A stretch of 62,333 nucleotides of DNA, from contig JABMRV010000161.1 in assembly GCA_013202285.1 (NCBI GenBank), positions 1 to 62,333 on the forward strand, written 5' to 3'. This document shows positions 37,335 to 47,355 of the stretch, one piece after another. The notes beneath the pieces are model-generated. The model worked only from the letters and a program-made list of their open reading frames with translations, was not told the DNA's origin and did not search any database. A program made the position numbers and the translations under genes. The stretch is from a bacterium (lineage in GTDB: Bacteria > Electryoneota > AABM5-125-24 > Hatepunaeales > Hatepunaeaceae). Position 1 is the first letter of the stretch, and each line of letters begins with the position of its first letter.

Positions 37335-38557
37335 AGCATACCCTCCCGCAGCGCTCGAACTATCTGTCCCCGCGCTGCATGCCTGGCGGCTCCCCAGCTT
37401 GCCAGCACAGAGATCACAAGACCGAAGACAAAGCTCATGGCAACACTCGCAACGTTCACAATCGGATAAATCGCATCACGTACAGGATAACCGATGTCCA
37501 TATCACCGTATCCCGCCAGACTGATTCCCGTATGCCCGAGATAAACCAAAATCGCTACGCCGATGACAACGGCAATTATTCCGGCGAACAACCCGATCAG
37601 GAAACCCTCAAGAACAAATATCCTCCAGATCAGACCGGAATTGAAGCCGAGTGCCCGCAAGGCGCCAATTTCCCTTGTTCTCTCATGAATGGACATAATC
37701 ATCGTGTTGCCGAGACCGATAGCTGCTACCAGGATTATTATACCGATAATGATGCCATTACCAGTCCGTTTCATCCTGGCAAGCTGGATAAAATCATCAG
37801 CAAGTGTTTGCCAGGATCGCCATTCGAGCTGGGGAAGTATCTGCGTGAGCTTATCCATCAACCGTTTCGAGTAAGTTAGTTTTGACGCCATTATGGCAAT
37901 TTCGGTCGCGCCTTCAGGCAGCAGCGTCATATCGCGCGCTACCGCCAGAGGAACATACACCGTCATCCTGTCCACCGCGGGATGTCCGGTAGAGATTATT
38001 CCGGCAATGGGCAGCATCTTAGGATTGAACGCTCCTGGAGCGCTGCGCACAAGCAGCGTTATGACATCTCCGACGTTCAGACTCAGGTCCGACGCTAAAC
38101 GGTCACCGATAAGCGCTACCGGTTCGTCAGTTGAGATGGTTAGTCCTGATCTGACCGCTTCAAGTGTGCGGAAAACATCTGTATCTTGAGCAGGATCAAC
38201 ACCGATGATACGGACAAAAACCTCCTCGCTGCCCTGTATCAGCATACCGATAATTTCGAGCCTTTCCGTAGCTGCCGATATTCCGCTCAGGTTTCTCACT
38301 ATGTTGAGTAAACTGTCTGCATGCGGAATGGTATGTTCAAGATCGGGGAAATCCTCGTCGAGATAGCCGTCGGCAAATCCTTTCACGTGAGCGAGGTCGT
38401 AGTATATCAGGTTGTCGATTGACTGACTGTCGATCCCATCCAGCATCCCCATCATTGTGATGAGCACGATCAAACCGACTGTCAAAGCCGAAGCAGTCAG
38501 CACAGTTCGCCGCCTGTTTCGCCGCAGGTTGCGGTAAGCCAGCCTTAATGCGATCAT
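37331..38557 (-). CDS. ABC transporter permease, FtsX/MacB-LolE type (paralogue)
   Basis: 408-aa ORF with REIGALRALGF. 4-nt overlaps with both neighbouring genes. Confidence 0.85.
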   Translation of the reverse strand: MIALRLAYRNLRRNRRRTVLTASALTVGLIVLITMMGMLDGIDSQSIDNLIYYDLAHVKGFADGYLDEDFPDLEHTIPHADSLLNIVRNLSGISAATERLEIIGMLIQGSEEVFVRIIGVDPAQDTDVFRTLEAVRSGLTISTDEPVALIGDRLASDLSLNVGDVITLLVRSAPGAFNPKMLPIAGIISTGHPAVDRMTVYVPLAVARDMTLLPEGATEIAIMASKLTYSKRLMDKLTQILPQLEWRSWQTLADDFIQLARMKRTGNGIIIGIIILVAAIGLGNTMIMSIHERTREIGALRALGFNSGLIWRIFVLEGFLIGLFAGIIAVVIGVAILVYLGHTGISLAGYGDMDIGYPVRDAIYPIVNVASVAMSFVFGLVISVLASWGAARHAARGQIVRALREGML

Positions 38558-39243
38558 GATTCCACCTGTCCGTCCACCAGTCGGATCAGAGTTTCAGCAC
38601 GGTCCATGACTCTGGGATCGTGGGTCGAGAGGATGAAAACGGTGTCGAGAGTATCACGCATCTCCTTCATCAGGTCAACGATTGCCCCGCCCGTTTCTCC
38701 GTCGAGGTTGGCAGTCGGTTCGTCAGCAAGCATCACTACCGGCTTTTTGACCAGCGCCCGAGCAACTGCGATACGCTGCTGCTGACCTCCGGACAGTTCA
38801 TTAGGCAGTCTGTGTTCCATCCCCTTTAGACCTACGCGTTTTAGAATAGACATAGCCGCTTCGCGTCTTGAAGCTCGTGTATAATCAGGGAGAATCTCAA
38901 GCGGCAGCTCGACATTCTCGCAGGCTGTCAACACCGGTACGAGATTGAACTGTTGGAATATGAAGCCGATCTTCTCACGTCGGAGCTGTGTGCGTTCCCG
39001 GTCATTCAAGTGTTCGAGATTCTGACCGGCGACTATTACAGTTCCTTTGTCCGGTACATCGAGAGCACCGATCAGGTTCAACAGAGTGGTTTTTCCCGAT
39101 CCGGAAGGACCTGCAAGCGCGGTGAAACTGCCGAGTGGAATATCGATATCTATTCCCCTTAAAGCTGTGACTCTGCCATTATCATAAGATTTCCACACCT
39201 TACTGGTTTTGATGATGGTTTTGGAATTGTTGTTTGCAGCCAT
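38554..39243 (-). CDS. ABC transporter ATP-binding protein (LolD/MacB-ATPase-like)
   Basis: Walker A GPSGSGKTT, signature LSGGQQQR, Walker B VMLADEPT. The ORF extends to 39309, but the conserved N-terminus fits the ATG at 39243 (MAANNNSKTIIK). Confidence 0.93.
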   Translation of the reverse strand: MAANNNSKTIIKTSKVWKSYDNGRVTALRGIDIDIPLGSFTALAGPSGSGKTTLLNLIGALDVPDKGTVIVAGQNLEHLNDRERTQLRREKIGFIFQQFNLVPVLTACENVELPLEILPDYTRASRREAAMSILKRVGLKGMEHRLPNELSGGQQQRIAVARALVKKPVVMLADEPTANLDGETGGAIVDLMKEMRDTLDTVFILSTHDPRVMDRAETLIRLVDGQVES

Positions 39244-39506
39244 ATTCAACTCGTATAACATTAATGAAAGATAAGAAGATAATATGGTTTCTTTTAGGTG
39301 AAGCATCAAGTTATAATTTCATGCATAGCAACTGCATATTAAAGAAATCCGTATTATTACTTGCCATTATGCAATTTATTGGTTATTTTACGGATTATTA
39401 AGGGTTGTTATTTCATGTAAGTGTTTGTATTTGCTTTCCTTCTTTGCCACAACGGCTTCACTTACACATCGGATCAATCCTAAAATGGCAAGCAATAAGG
39501 AAATCA

Positions 39507-39572
39507 AACAAGGATGAACAGGATAAACAGGATTATTCCAATCATATCATGAATATCCTGACTATCCTTGTT
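39507..39572. repeat. Family-3 palindromic element, copy 1
   Basis: AACAAGGATGAACAGGATAAACAGGATTATTC...GAATATCCTGACTATCCTTGTT is an imperfect long hairpin followed by AAAA. It is related to 47272-47337. Confidence 0.7.
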
Positions 39573-39685
39573 AAAAGAGTGAAGCCGCGCCGACACCGGC
39601 TTACGCTGGGCATGTTTTAGTCGGCGACCTTACACTTTCGATTCAGCGAGGAACCAATTTCTTAAACAATACAAATGAGGTGCCC

Positions 39686-40861
39686 ATGAATGTATTAAAA
39701 CGTATCATGTGGCTAACGACTGTCCTGTTTCTGCTGGGGATCACTACCAGTGCATCTGCTTACGATATTGAACTAAGGTTTCTTTCGGGTAATCCTATGA
39801 TTTTCCCGCTCGGACCATTCATACCTGATGACCTTTCCAATGCATCTGATATCAACTTCGGTCAGTTCGAATCATTCTTCGAAATGCGGGTTAGCGGGGG
39901 AGAGAACTCAGATGCCTTCCAGGTCTTATTCGTGCGGTTGCAGAGGAGAGATGAGATACTATTCACCGTCACCAGCAGTAAGTTTGATGTTTCCTCTACA
40001 CTGCTCGGTCGGGGCTGGCTTGATAATCGAGAGCTTAGTATGATCCCACAGATAGGGCATGGTGATGGCAGTCAGGTCAACGCTGGACGGCTGATGCCGT
40101 TTTTCGACGGCGGTAATCTCAGCCAGGGGCTTTATATTCTTACGTTGATGTTCAGCAGTCACTCTGACTGGAACACTGCCCTAGGTGACAATTCGGGCAT
40201 AATCAGCGGTTCAATCCAGGTTTACAATCCGAGCCGGGTCGATCTGATCGAGCCGATGGATAACACTATCATCGGTGAGAAACCAATTTTTGTCTGGTCA
40301 TTCCCAACGGAAGCGGGAGTTGAATATCATCTCGATATCGTATCCGGTGATGAGGATGACGATCCGGGGACGGTAATAGAATTCGCCAACCCTACCAACA
40401 CTTATGCTTCTCTGCTTATTGAACCTGAAGACTGGCAGATTGGTGGTAATCTGGCATCCTTTCCATATATCGGCATTGGTGAACAGCGACCACTCGATCC
40501 TGAGCTAACATATTACTGGCGAATCATTGCCAAAGCGCCATCGATGTTTCCGCATCAGGAGATTGAGATTTTCTCGCCGATTTATCGCTTCTTATACTCC
40601 CCGGGTGGAAACGGTGATGGAGGTGACTTAGGTGGTGAGGAGGAAAACCCACCACCATCCGTAGAAGACCCGCTATTCGACATACTGAGAACTCATCTTA
40701 CCGAGGCGCAGATAGCGACTCTTATCTCTATGCTGGGTGACCTGTCACAATGGTCTCCAACGTTGTTGAGTCTTGATAATCGAGAAATCACTCAGCAGGT
40801 ACTGACAGACCTTCTCGCAGAGGGCGAGATTAGAATCGTCCTGGTGACGGTCAGTGAATAG
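39686..40861 (+). CDS. Hypothetical secreted protein
   Basis: ATG at 39686 is preceded by GAGG (the ORF opens at GTG 39680). Signal peptide MNVLKRIMWLTTVLFLLGITTSASA. No family recognised. Confidence 0.55.
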   Translation: MNVLKRIMWLTTVLFLLGITTSASAYDIELRFLSGNPMIFPLGPFIPDDLSNASDINFGQFESFFEMRVSGGENSDAFQVLFVRLQRRDEILFTVTSSKFDVSSTLLGRGWLDNRELSMIPQIGHGDGSQVNAGRLMPFFDGGNLSQGLYILTLMFSSHSDWNTALGDNSGIISGSIQVYNPSRVDLIEPMDNTIIGEKPIFVWSFPTEAGVEYHLDIVSGDEDDDPGTVIEFANPTNTYASLLIEPEDWQIGGNLASFPYIGIGEQRPLDPELTYYWRIIAKAPSMFPHQEIEIFSPIYRFLYSPGGNGDGGDLGGEEENPPPSVEDPLFDILRTHLTEAQIATLISMLGDLSQWSPTLLSLDNREITQQVLTDLLAEGEIRIVLVTVSE

Positions 40862-40930
40862 TCTCCCGACAGTTGGTTTCAGGACATACGCAATATCCAC
40901 CAGCACTGGTGGATTGAAATCGAGGAAATA

Positions 40931-41641
40931 ATGTTCAAACGAATATTACCCTTATTCCTAACAGTTTTGATATTTGGTGTCTGCGCGAGTGATTTACATG
41001 CCAGCGCTTCAAAAGCTATCGCCCTGACATTGAAGGTAACCGGTGATGTGGATCTCCTGAAAGAGGGTGCTGACAAAACAGCGCCGCTCAAATTCGGTAC
41101 ACCTCTCGATGATGGAGACCGGATAAAAACCGGCAATGACGGATTTGCAATCCTTATCTTTGCCGATGATAAAAGTCAGATCAAACTTCGTCCCAATACC
41201 GAGGTTGTAATCAACGGCAAACGTGACGCCCAGTCAAATATCGCCAAGCGAATTACCATGGAAGTCGGCGAGATATTTACCAGGATTGATAAACAGAGAG
41301 GCTCGTTTGAGGTCGTTACACCTACTTCGGTGGCATCGGTGAAGGGAACTGAATTCTGGATGGTGGTTCACGAAGACGGCACTACCGAAGTACTGACCAT
41401 AAGAGGTCTGATCGAGTTGATGAATCGCATCTCCGGCAAGATTGTGGATGTATCTTCAGGTCAGCACGGTATTTCAGATCCACAGGGAGGCAATGAAGTC
41501 AACCCGACTAATCCTGCTGATATTCCGGAGGAACCTGAGGATCGAGATGTCGATATGCCTCATACACTGTTGATACAGGTTCAGGATCCAGATGGTCGAA
41601 CGCGCACCATTATAATCCAGTATTTTGAAGGAGCGGAATAG
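40931..41641 (+). CDS. FecR domain-containing secreted protein
   Basis: 236-aa ORF with a signal peptide. FecR-type motifs: GDRIKTGNDGFAILIFADDKSQIKLRPNTEV and VVTPTSVASVKGTEFWM. Confidence 0.75.
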   Translation: MFKRILPLFLTVLIFGVCASDLHASASKAIALTLKVTGDVDLLKEGADKTAPLKFGTPLDDGDRIKTGNDGFAILIFADDKSQIKLRPNTEVVINGKRDAQSNIAKRITMEVGEIFTRIDKQRGSFEVVTPTSVASVKGTEFWMVVHEDGTTEVLTIRGLIELMNRISGKIVDVSSGQHGISDPQGGNEVNPTNPADIPEEPEDRDVDMPHTLLIQVQDPDGRTRTIIIQYFEGAE

Positions 41642-41834
41642 TTCACAGTTTTTCACTTTAATGGGTGGCGCGCTATTTATTGCACGTGATTCACTATTTG
41701 GAGGAAGCTTGTTCCAACGCAGATTGGCTGCACTTATATCACGAGACATCTCTCCGCAGTTACCGGGGGGGGGATTAAGGAGGGAGGTAGGCGACAGTGG
41801 GGCAGACATTCCTGTCTGCCACGTAATAACCAGT

Positions 41835-44366
41835 TTGAGTTATGCTCATGGATTATCACTGATCTGCCTGTTGGTTTTCATAGCAACGGCTGGAAGTTTG
41901 TCGGCGCAGGAGGTTAATATCCTGCACAGTCCGGTCATAAGCGTTACTGCAGGTCAAGCCATTGAGATCGATGCTGCCATTGAAGGCAGTACTGAACCTG
42001 TAATAGAGGGTCGTATCTATTACCGTGTATCGGGTCAGGAGGCGTATGTTTATACCGAAATGCTGGTGACCCAGTTCAATCTTACCGGATCAATTCCTGC
42101 AGTTGCAGTAACCAGTGATTATATCGAATACTACATCGAGGTTTACCTGCCTGATAATCTTAAGTTGATTTATCCGCCCAATGCACCTTCCGTCGATCCC
42201 TTACATGTAACAATTCGTCCGATTGGCGCTGGTGAAGCCGACGGTGAACCGGCGGTTATCGTGCTCAGTCCTGCTCCGGGATCGAGTATCACCGGTGATC
42301 AGACACTCATTGCGCTATCACTGATGCAGCATATCCGACAGATGAATCCCGACAACCTGAGAATCATGGTCGATGGTTATGACCTTACTGGTCGAGCCCA
42401 GGTGAGTGAAGATATGATCACGCTTGTAGCTGAAGGAATGAAATCCGGCGAGCATTATATCGCGCTGTACATGCTCGAAGACGATCAGAAGCATAAACTG
42501 ACCGGGTGGAGTTTTATGATTCGGTCAGTCGAGGAAGCGCGCATAACTGCTTCAAGGATCAGGGGCAACCTTGCCGCAAAATATGATCATGAGGAGATTG
42601 GTGGAAAGACCAGGAATATCACCGCGATTGACGGTAGATTTAACGGCAGAATCAGTGAGTTTGACTGGGCGGGCAAACTGTACTTTACGAGTCTCGAAAG
42701 AGGATATCTCCAGCCTCAGAACCGTTTTCTCGGATCCGTACGCTATGGACCGGTAATCCTGCGTGCCGGTGACATCCAACCCCAGCTTTCTGAGTTCACT
42801 TTATGGGGAGCACGGACGCGCGGCGCTCAGTTTGCACTCCGAACCCGATCCGTGAACCTGGATTTGGTCTGGGGATTTCTTCGTCGTGATATTGAGGGTT
42901 CGTACACCACGATAGATGACATCATCACCAATCCCGATAAAGGAACCGTTGATACTCTGGAAGTTGACGTTATTACTCCAGGTACTTATTCTCGCAGGGT
43001 GCTGGCGCTCAGATCGGGATTTCCACTTTGGAAGAACGCTTACTGGAATATAAACCTGCTGAAAGTTAAGGATGATGCAGGTTCCATCGATTACGGGCTT
43101 GGACCGGCAGATAATCTGGTTCTCGGCACCGACTTGAAGATGGTTTTTGATAATCGGCGTATTATATTCACCAGCGAAGTGGCATTAAGCCTTTACAACA
43201 GCGATATTTCCGGCGGACCGATGGACGAGGCGAAGAAGCTGGAATCTATTATTGTAGTGAACCAGTTCTTTGAACCGATGCCTTCGAACGATGCGATTCT
43301 ACAGGACGATATCTCCGCGTTCGATTTGACCAAAGAAATCTTCCAGGAATTGCTGGAATCCGCCACAGCTCACCGCACCAGCCTGACGTTGAACTATTAC
43401 AAGAACGAACTGAGATTGGGATACAAGAACGTGGGACGCAGTTTTAATTCTCTCGGCAGCCAGACCGTGTTGACCGATTTGAAGGGATTTTCCATTCAGG
43501 ATCGAGTCAGACTTTTCGGTAATCGTATTTATCTTAATGCAGGTTACGAGAATTACCGGGATAACATCAACGACCGCAATGAGACAACTACGAAAAGGCA
43601 CATACTGAGAGGGGGTATCGCTTATTATTCCCCGCCTTCATATCCGAACGTAAACTTCGGTTACAGGATGCACAGCAGGAAGAATGATGGAACAATATAC
43701 ACTTACACGCTTCCCGATGATTCATTGGTCGCTATTGACGACAGAATCGAAAACGGCAATGCAAGTTACAACTTCGGATTAAGCCAGACATTTAATTTCG
43801 CTGGATTCAGCAATAATGCAGTTCTGATGTTCAGCAATTCAAAGACAACCGATCAGATCAACACAGAGGGTTACAACGATGCCAAAATGACCAGTGTCAG
43901 TATCAGTCTGAGAACACGCAAAGGCGCCAGGTTGGAGGGTAGTACCGCATGGCGCATGTTGCAGCAGGTATCGGTTAAGGGTGACATGGTTATCGATTAT
44001 AATACTCTCAACCTCAACACGCGGTACATGCTGACTCCTGACCAGTTATGGGTTTCTGGTGGGATCAATATGACAATAGCTGATGGCAGTAACACGGAAG
44101 TCAACCCCAAGCCCACCGATCCAGCTGACGCATCGGAAGAGGAACGTGAATTGAAGATCGACTACAATCGTCTGCGTTTTAATCTGGGAGTCGAATACCA
44201 TCTCAGCGATGTGCATCAGTTCCGTTTGAATACGTATAAGGTTCTGTATGAAGACAACGGTTACTCCAGATACTGGGATGATGAATATGTGTATAACAAG
44301 GATAAAGATGGTTTCATCAAGCATGATGACCTGGTTGCCAGGCTCGGTTACATATACAATTTCTGA
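41835..44366 (+). CDS. Large outer-membrane beta-barrel-like protein (function unknown)
   Basis: The ORF is open from 41625 (913 aa). A signal-peptide-like LSLICLLVFIATAGSLSAQE follows the in-frame TTG at 41835, and the upstream 70 codons cover a G9 run and a hairpin. The C-terminal half is alternating beta-strand-like and ends in ...RLGYIYNF (terminal aromatic, as in OMPs). The start is uncertain. Confidence 0.5.
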   Translation: MSYAHGLSLICLLVFIATAGSLSAQEVNILHSPVISVTAGQAIEIDAAIEGSTEPVIEGRIYYRVSGQEAYVYTEMLVTQFNLTGSIPAVAVTSDYIEYYIEVYLPDNLKLIYPPNAPSVDPLHVTIRPIGAGEADGEPAVIVLSPAPGSSITGDQTLIALSLMQHIRQMNPDNLRIMVDGYDLTGRAQVSEDMITLVAEGMKSGEHYIALYMLEDDQKHKLTGWSFMIRSVEEARITASRIRGNLAAKYDHEEIGGKTRNITAIDGRFNGRISEFDWAGKLYFTSLERGYLQPQNRFLGSVRYGPVILRAGDIQPQLSEFTLWGARTRGAQFALRTRSVNLDLVWGFLRRDIEGSYTTIDDIITNPDKGTVDTLEVDVITPGTYSRRVLALRSGFPLWKNAYWNINLLKVKDDAGSIDYGLGPADNLVLGTDLKMVFDNRRIIFTSEVALSLYNSDISGGPMDEAKKLESIIVVNQFFEPMPSNDAILQDDISAFDLTKEIFQELLESATAHRTSLTLNYYKNELRLGYKNVGRSFNSLGSQTVLTDLKGFSIQDRVRLFGNRIYLNAGYENYRDNINDRNETTTKRHILRGGIAYYSPPSYPNVNFGYRMHSRKNDGTIYTYTLPDDSLVAIDDRIENGNASYNFGLSQTFNFAGFSNNAVLMFSNSKTTDQINTEGYNDAKMTSVSISLRTRKGARLEGSTAWRMLQQVSVKGDMVIDYNTLNLNTRYMLTPDQLWVSGGINMTIADGSNTEVNPKPTDPADASEEERELKIDYNRLRFNLGVEYHLSDVHQFRLNTYKVLYEDNGYSRYWDDEYVYNKDKDGFIKHDDLVARLGYIYNF

Positions 44367-44396
44367 ATAGGAAAGTTAGTCTTGTCGAACATAAGT

Positions 44397-44436
44397 GGGG
44401 AGAGTGGTTGGCAATGCCTCTCTCCCCATTTCTTTA
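44397..44436 (+). terminator. Rho-independent terminator after the OM-barrel gene
   Basis: GGGGAGAG-(15 nt)-CTCTCCCC followed by ATTTCTTT, 31 nt after the stop at 44366. Confidence 0.6.
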
Positions 44437-44457
44437 ACTGTGGACAGTCGATAATCC

Positions 44458-46668
44458 ATGAGCAAGAATTCCACGAAAAACAGGATTGATTTCAGGGCAT
44501 GGATTCAAGGTGCTTTGATTGTCATCGGCGTGGCATTCTTTGCATTCCTCATCTCTCTGACAGATATCTTTGAAGGATTAGGGCTTAAGCTCTATGACAA
44601 GTCTTTCCTCTGGCGGGGGACTATTTCTATAGGAGGCAGTTCAGGGGTAGAAAATCTTCAACCCTTACGAGACAGCCCCGAGATCGTTGTTGTTGCCATA
44701 GATCAGGAAACCGCTGACAGCCTCTCCTTTCCCTTCAATCGAATCTACTATGCTCAACTCATCGGCAAGCTGAACGAACTCGGTGCAAGAATAGTTGTTC
44801 TCGATATTGATTTTTCAAGCAGGAGCATTATTCCCGAGTCGGATTCAATATTCTACCGGGCAATTGAGGAAGCCGGAAACGTGATACTTATGGGTAAGAT
44901 ATCCATGATTTTTCACCATGGATTGAAAGAACCAATTGCCGAGATAAAACATCCGGTTAAGGAAGTTGCTCCGGTTGATTGTCCCTGGGGACTGGCTAAT
45001 GAGATCATCGATCAGGACGGAGTCACCAGACGGTATGTACTCTACCTCAGCTTGAACGATAAGATTTACCTGTCTCTTGGGATGAAGATATACTCTCTCT
45101 TGTTTGGATTAGAGAATGAAATACCCGGTTTCAATTCAGCAGGTGAGCTTGAATATGGGGATCTCGTTATCCCCCGTTCCGGTCCGAGTGACTATTTTAT
45201 AAATTACTACGGTCCTGCAGGCACTTTTCCGACTTATTCCTTTTACTCTGTTGTGCAAGGTGATTATGACTTCGATGATCTGCTGGCGGGACTTTCACCT
45301 GAAGAAGTTGAACTGCTGACTGCGTCCGGGATGGCAGATATTCTTTCAGAGAGCCCGTTCAAGGATAAGATTGTACTGGTGGGCGCTTCTGCTGAAGACC
45401 TGCAGGATAACAAAATAACGCCTTTCTTTGACTATCTTGAGGTGGGCGACACTAAGCGAGAGCGTCGCAGGACTCCCGGTGTGGAAGTTCATGCCAATGC
45501 ACTGCAGATGCTGATTGACGGAAGCTATATAAAACAGATTGATATCAGATGGATAATTCTCGCAGTAGTCATCATCAGTCTGCTTATCTATCTCAACGGG
45601 AGACTAAAACGGCAATGGCTGGCATTTTTGATTATTATCTGCCTGCTTGTTCTTATTTCGGGAGGAGGTATCTGGCTGTTTATCAAACAGGGGATATGGT
45701 TCAACGAAGTTCCGCTGCTCCTGGTGGTATTTATTGGTTATCCCACCAACCTCGTTTACCGTTTTGTTCTTTCCCAACGTGAGAAGGCGATGATCCGCGG
45801 GATGTTCTCACAGTACGTTCCAAAGAAGGTTACCGATGCATTGATTGCCAACCCGGACCTGATGAAGTTAGGCGGTGAACGACGACGCATGAGCGTACTT
45901 TTCACTGATGTTGCCGGTTTTACGGCAATATCAGAGAAACTCCCACCGGAAGAACTGGTCATGTTGCTGAACGAATACCTTACAGCCATGAGCCAGGTAA
46001 TTGCCGACAACGACGGCATAATCGACAAGTATGAGGGTGACCTGATAATGGCTGAGTTCGGGGCTCCTTTATGGTTTGAAGATCACGCTGTACGTTGTTG
46101 CCTCGCAGCGCTCGGTATGCAGAGGTTGCTTTCGGAGATGCGTCGGAAATGGAAGACTGAAGGCAGGGATGAACTCTACAGCCGTATCGGTATCAACACC
46201 GGTGAGATGAGTGTCGGCAACATGGGTTCCAAGCAGTTGTTTGACTATACGGTGATGGGGGATTCGGTAAACCTGTCAAGCCGCCTGGAAAGCGCCAATA
46301 AGAACTACAATACGTCTATTATAATCGGGTATGGAACATGGCTGGATGTTCACGAGAGTTTTATCACCAGACCGTTGGATTTCTTACGTGTTAAGGGAAA
46401 GAATGAACCGGTTGAGGTGTTCGAACTGATAGGAGAAGATGAGTCTGATCTGATACAGACAAAAAGTAAGATACTTGAGATCTATAATCAGGGAATCGCT
46501 GATTTTCGTAACCGTCAGTTTGAGGATGCCGGGAAACTCTTCGAAAAAGCGCTGGAAATCGACTCACAGGATGGACCGTCCAAGGTCTATTATAACCGAT
46601 GTGAGGTGCTGATTGCCCAGCCACCGGCTGAAGACTGGGATGGCGCATATACTTTAACCGAAAAATAG
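44458..46668 (+). CDS. CHASE2 sensor domain / class III adenylate cyclase with C-terminal TPR-like tail
   Basis: 736-aa ORF. An N-terminal TM is followed by a ~330-aa extracytoplasmic CHASE2-like region and 3 TM helices. Cyclase core: RRRMSVLFTDVAGFTAISEKL...IDKYEGDLIMAEFGAP...FDYTVMGDSVNLSSRLES. The Lys and Asp specificity positions are consistent with ATP. Confidence 0.88.
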   Translation: MSKNSTKNRIDFRAWIQGALIVIGVAFFAFLISLTDIFEGLGLKLYDKSFLWRGTISIGGSSGVENLQPLRDSPEIVVVAIDQETADSLSFPFNRIYYAQLIGKLNELGARIVVLDIDFSSRSIIPESDSIFYRAIEEAGNVILMGKISMIFHHGLKEPIAEIKHPVKEVAPVDCPWGLANEIIDQDGVTRRYVLYLSLNDKIYLSLGMKIYSLLFGLENEIPGFNSAGELEYGDLVIPRSGPSDYFINYYGPAGTFPTYSFYSVVQGDYDFDDLLAGLSPEEVELLTASGMADILSESPFKDKIVLVGASAEDLQDNKITPFFDYLEVGDTKRERRRTPGVEVHANALQMLIDGSYIKQIDIRWIILAVVIISLLIYLNGRLKRQWLAFLIIICLLVLISGGGIWLFIKQGIWFNEVPLLLVVFIGYPTNLVYRFVLSQREKAMIRGMFSQYVPKKVTDALIANPDLMKLGGERRRMSVLFTDVAGFTAISEKLPPEELVMLLNEYLTAMSQVIADNDGIIDKYEGDLIMAEFGAPLWFEDHAVRCCLAALGMQRLLSEMRRKWKTEGRDELYSRIGINTGEMSVGNMGSKQLFDYTVMGDSVNLSSRLESANKNYNTSIIIGYGTWLDVHESFITRPLDFLRVKGKNEPVEVFELIGEDESDLIQTKSKILEIYNQGIADFRNRQFEDAGKLFEKALEIDSQDGPSKVYYNRCEVLIAQPPAEDWDGAYTLTEK

Positions 46669-46681
46669 ATTGGGAGGACAG

Positions 46682-47266
46682 ATGATTGAGAAAAACAGTA
46701 AAAAAGTAATAATAGATCCATCCGACGAGACGTCGGTTTCCGGGAGTTCGATTCCTGTCGAATGGTTGCAGATAAGTTTCAGCAAAGAGAAACGTGTTTC
46801 TGACACCCGGCGGATTCTATCCAACCTGCCGTTGTTTGAGAACCTTTCGATGCGGCAGTGGCGGGAACTCTCTGATCTATTTCATAAACGCACATTCACC
46901 AAAGACGAGATTATTTTCAAGAATGGAACACCCGGTCTTGGAATGTATGCCATTATCGATGGTTCAGTAGCGGTATATGAAAATGAAGACGGAGTAGATG
47001 TTGAAATTGCAAGACTTGGATCGGGAGATTTCTTCGGGGAGATGTCGCTGGTCGAGGAGGTTGAACGCAGCGCCACGATTGTCGCTCTTGAAACCACCAG
47101 GTTGATAGGAATATTTCGACCTCAACTAAAAGACCTGATGCATCGTCGTCCGCAGCTTGGACTGATAATAATCGAAAGACTGGCGCGGATTCTGACCAGC
47201 CGTTTGCGTGAAGCTGATCATCGTCTGGCAATGTACAAGAGGAAACTGAGCAATGGGAACAAGTAA
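46682..47266 (+). CDS. Stand-alone cyclic-nucleotide-binding (CAP effector) domain protein, no HTH
   Basis: ATG at 46682 is preceded by GGGAGG (the ORF opens at TTG 46670). The cNMP phosphate-binding cassette is GDFFGEMSLVEEVERSATIVA. No DNA-binding domain follows. Confidence 0.85.
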   Translation: MIEKNSKKVIIDPSDETSVSGSSIPVEWLQISFSKEKRVSDTRRILSNLPLFENLSMRQWRELSDLFHKRTFTKDEIIFKNGTPGLGMYAIIDGSVAVYENEDGVDVEIARLGSGDFFGEMSLVEEVERSATIVALETTRLIGIFRPQLKDLMHRRPQLGLIIIERLARILTSRLREADHRLAMYKRKLSNGNK

Positions 47267-47271
47267 GAACG

Positions 47272-47337
47272 AACAAGGATAGACAGGATGAGCATGATTC
47301 TGATATTTTTATCTTGAATTCACTGCACATCCTTGTT
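47272..47337. repeat. Family-3 palindromic element, copy 2 (likely terminator of the cNMP-binding gene)
   Basis: AACAAGGATAGACAGGATGAGCATGATTC...GAATTCACTGCACATCCTTGTT followed by AAATAA. It starts 6 nt after the stop at 47266. Confidence 0.7.
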
Positions 47338-47355
47338 AAATAAGGGACAGCAATA

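Noticed and set aside
35129-39243. LolA-like + 2x FtsX + ABC ATPase as a novel system
   Set aside because: This four-gene arrangement is a common, already catalogued envelope ABC exporter layout. Nothing unusual is seen apart from the family-2 repeat inserted between the LolA-like and permease genes.
39405-39620. 71-aa ORF between the ABC ATPase gene and the 39686 gene
   Set aside because: It is read straight through the family-3 palindrome (the QDKQD-type translation of the repeat). It is an artefact of a structured intergenic element.
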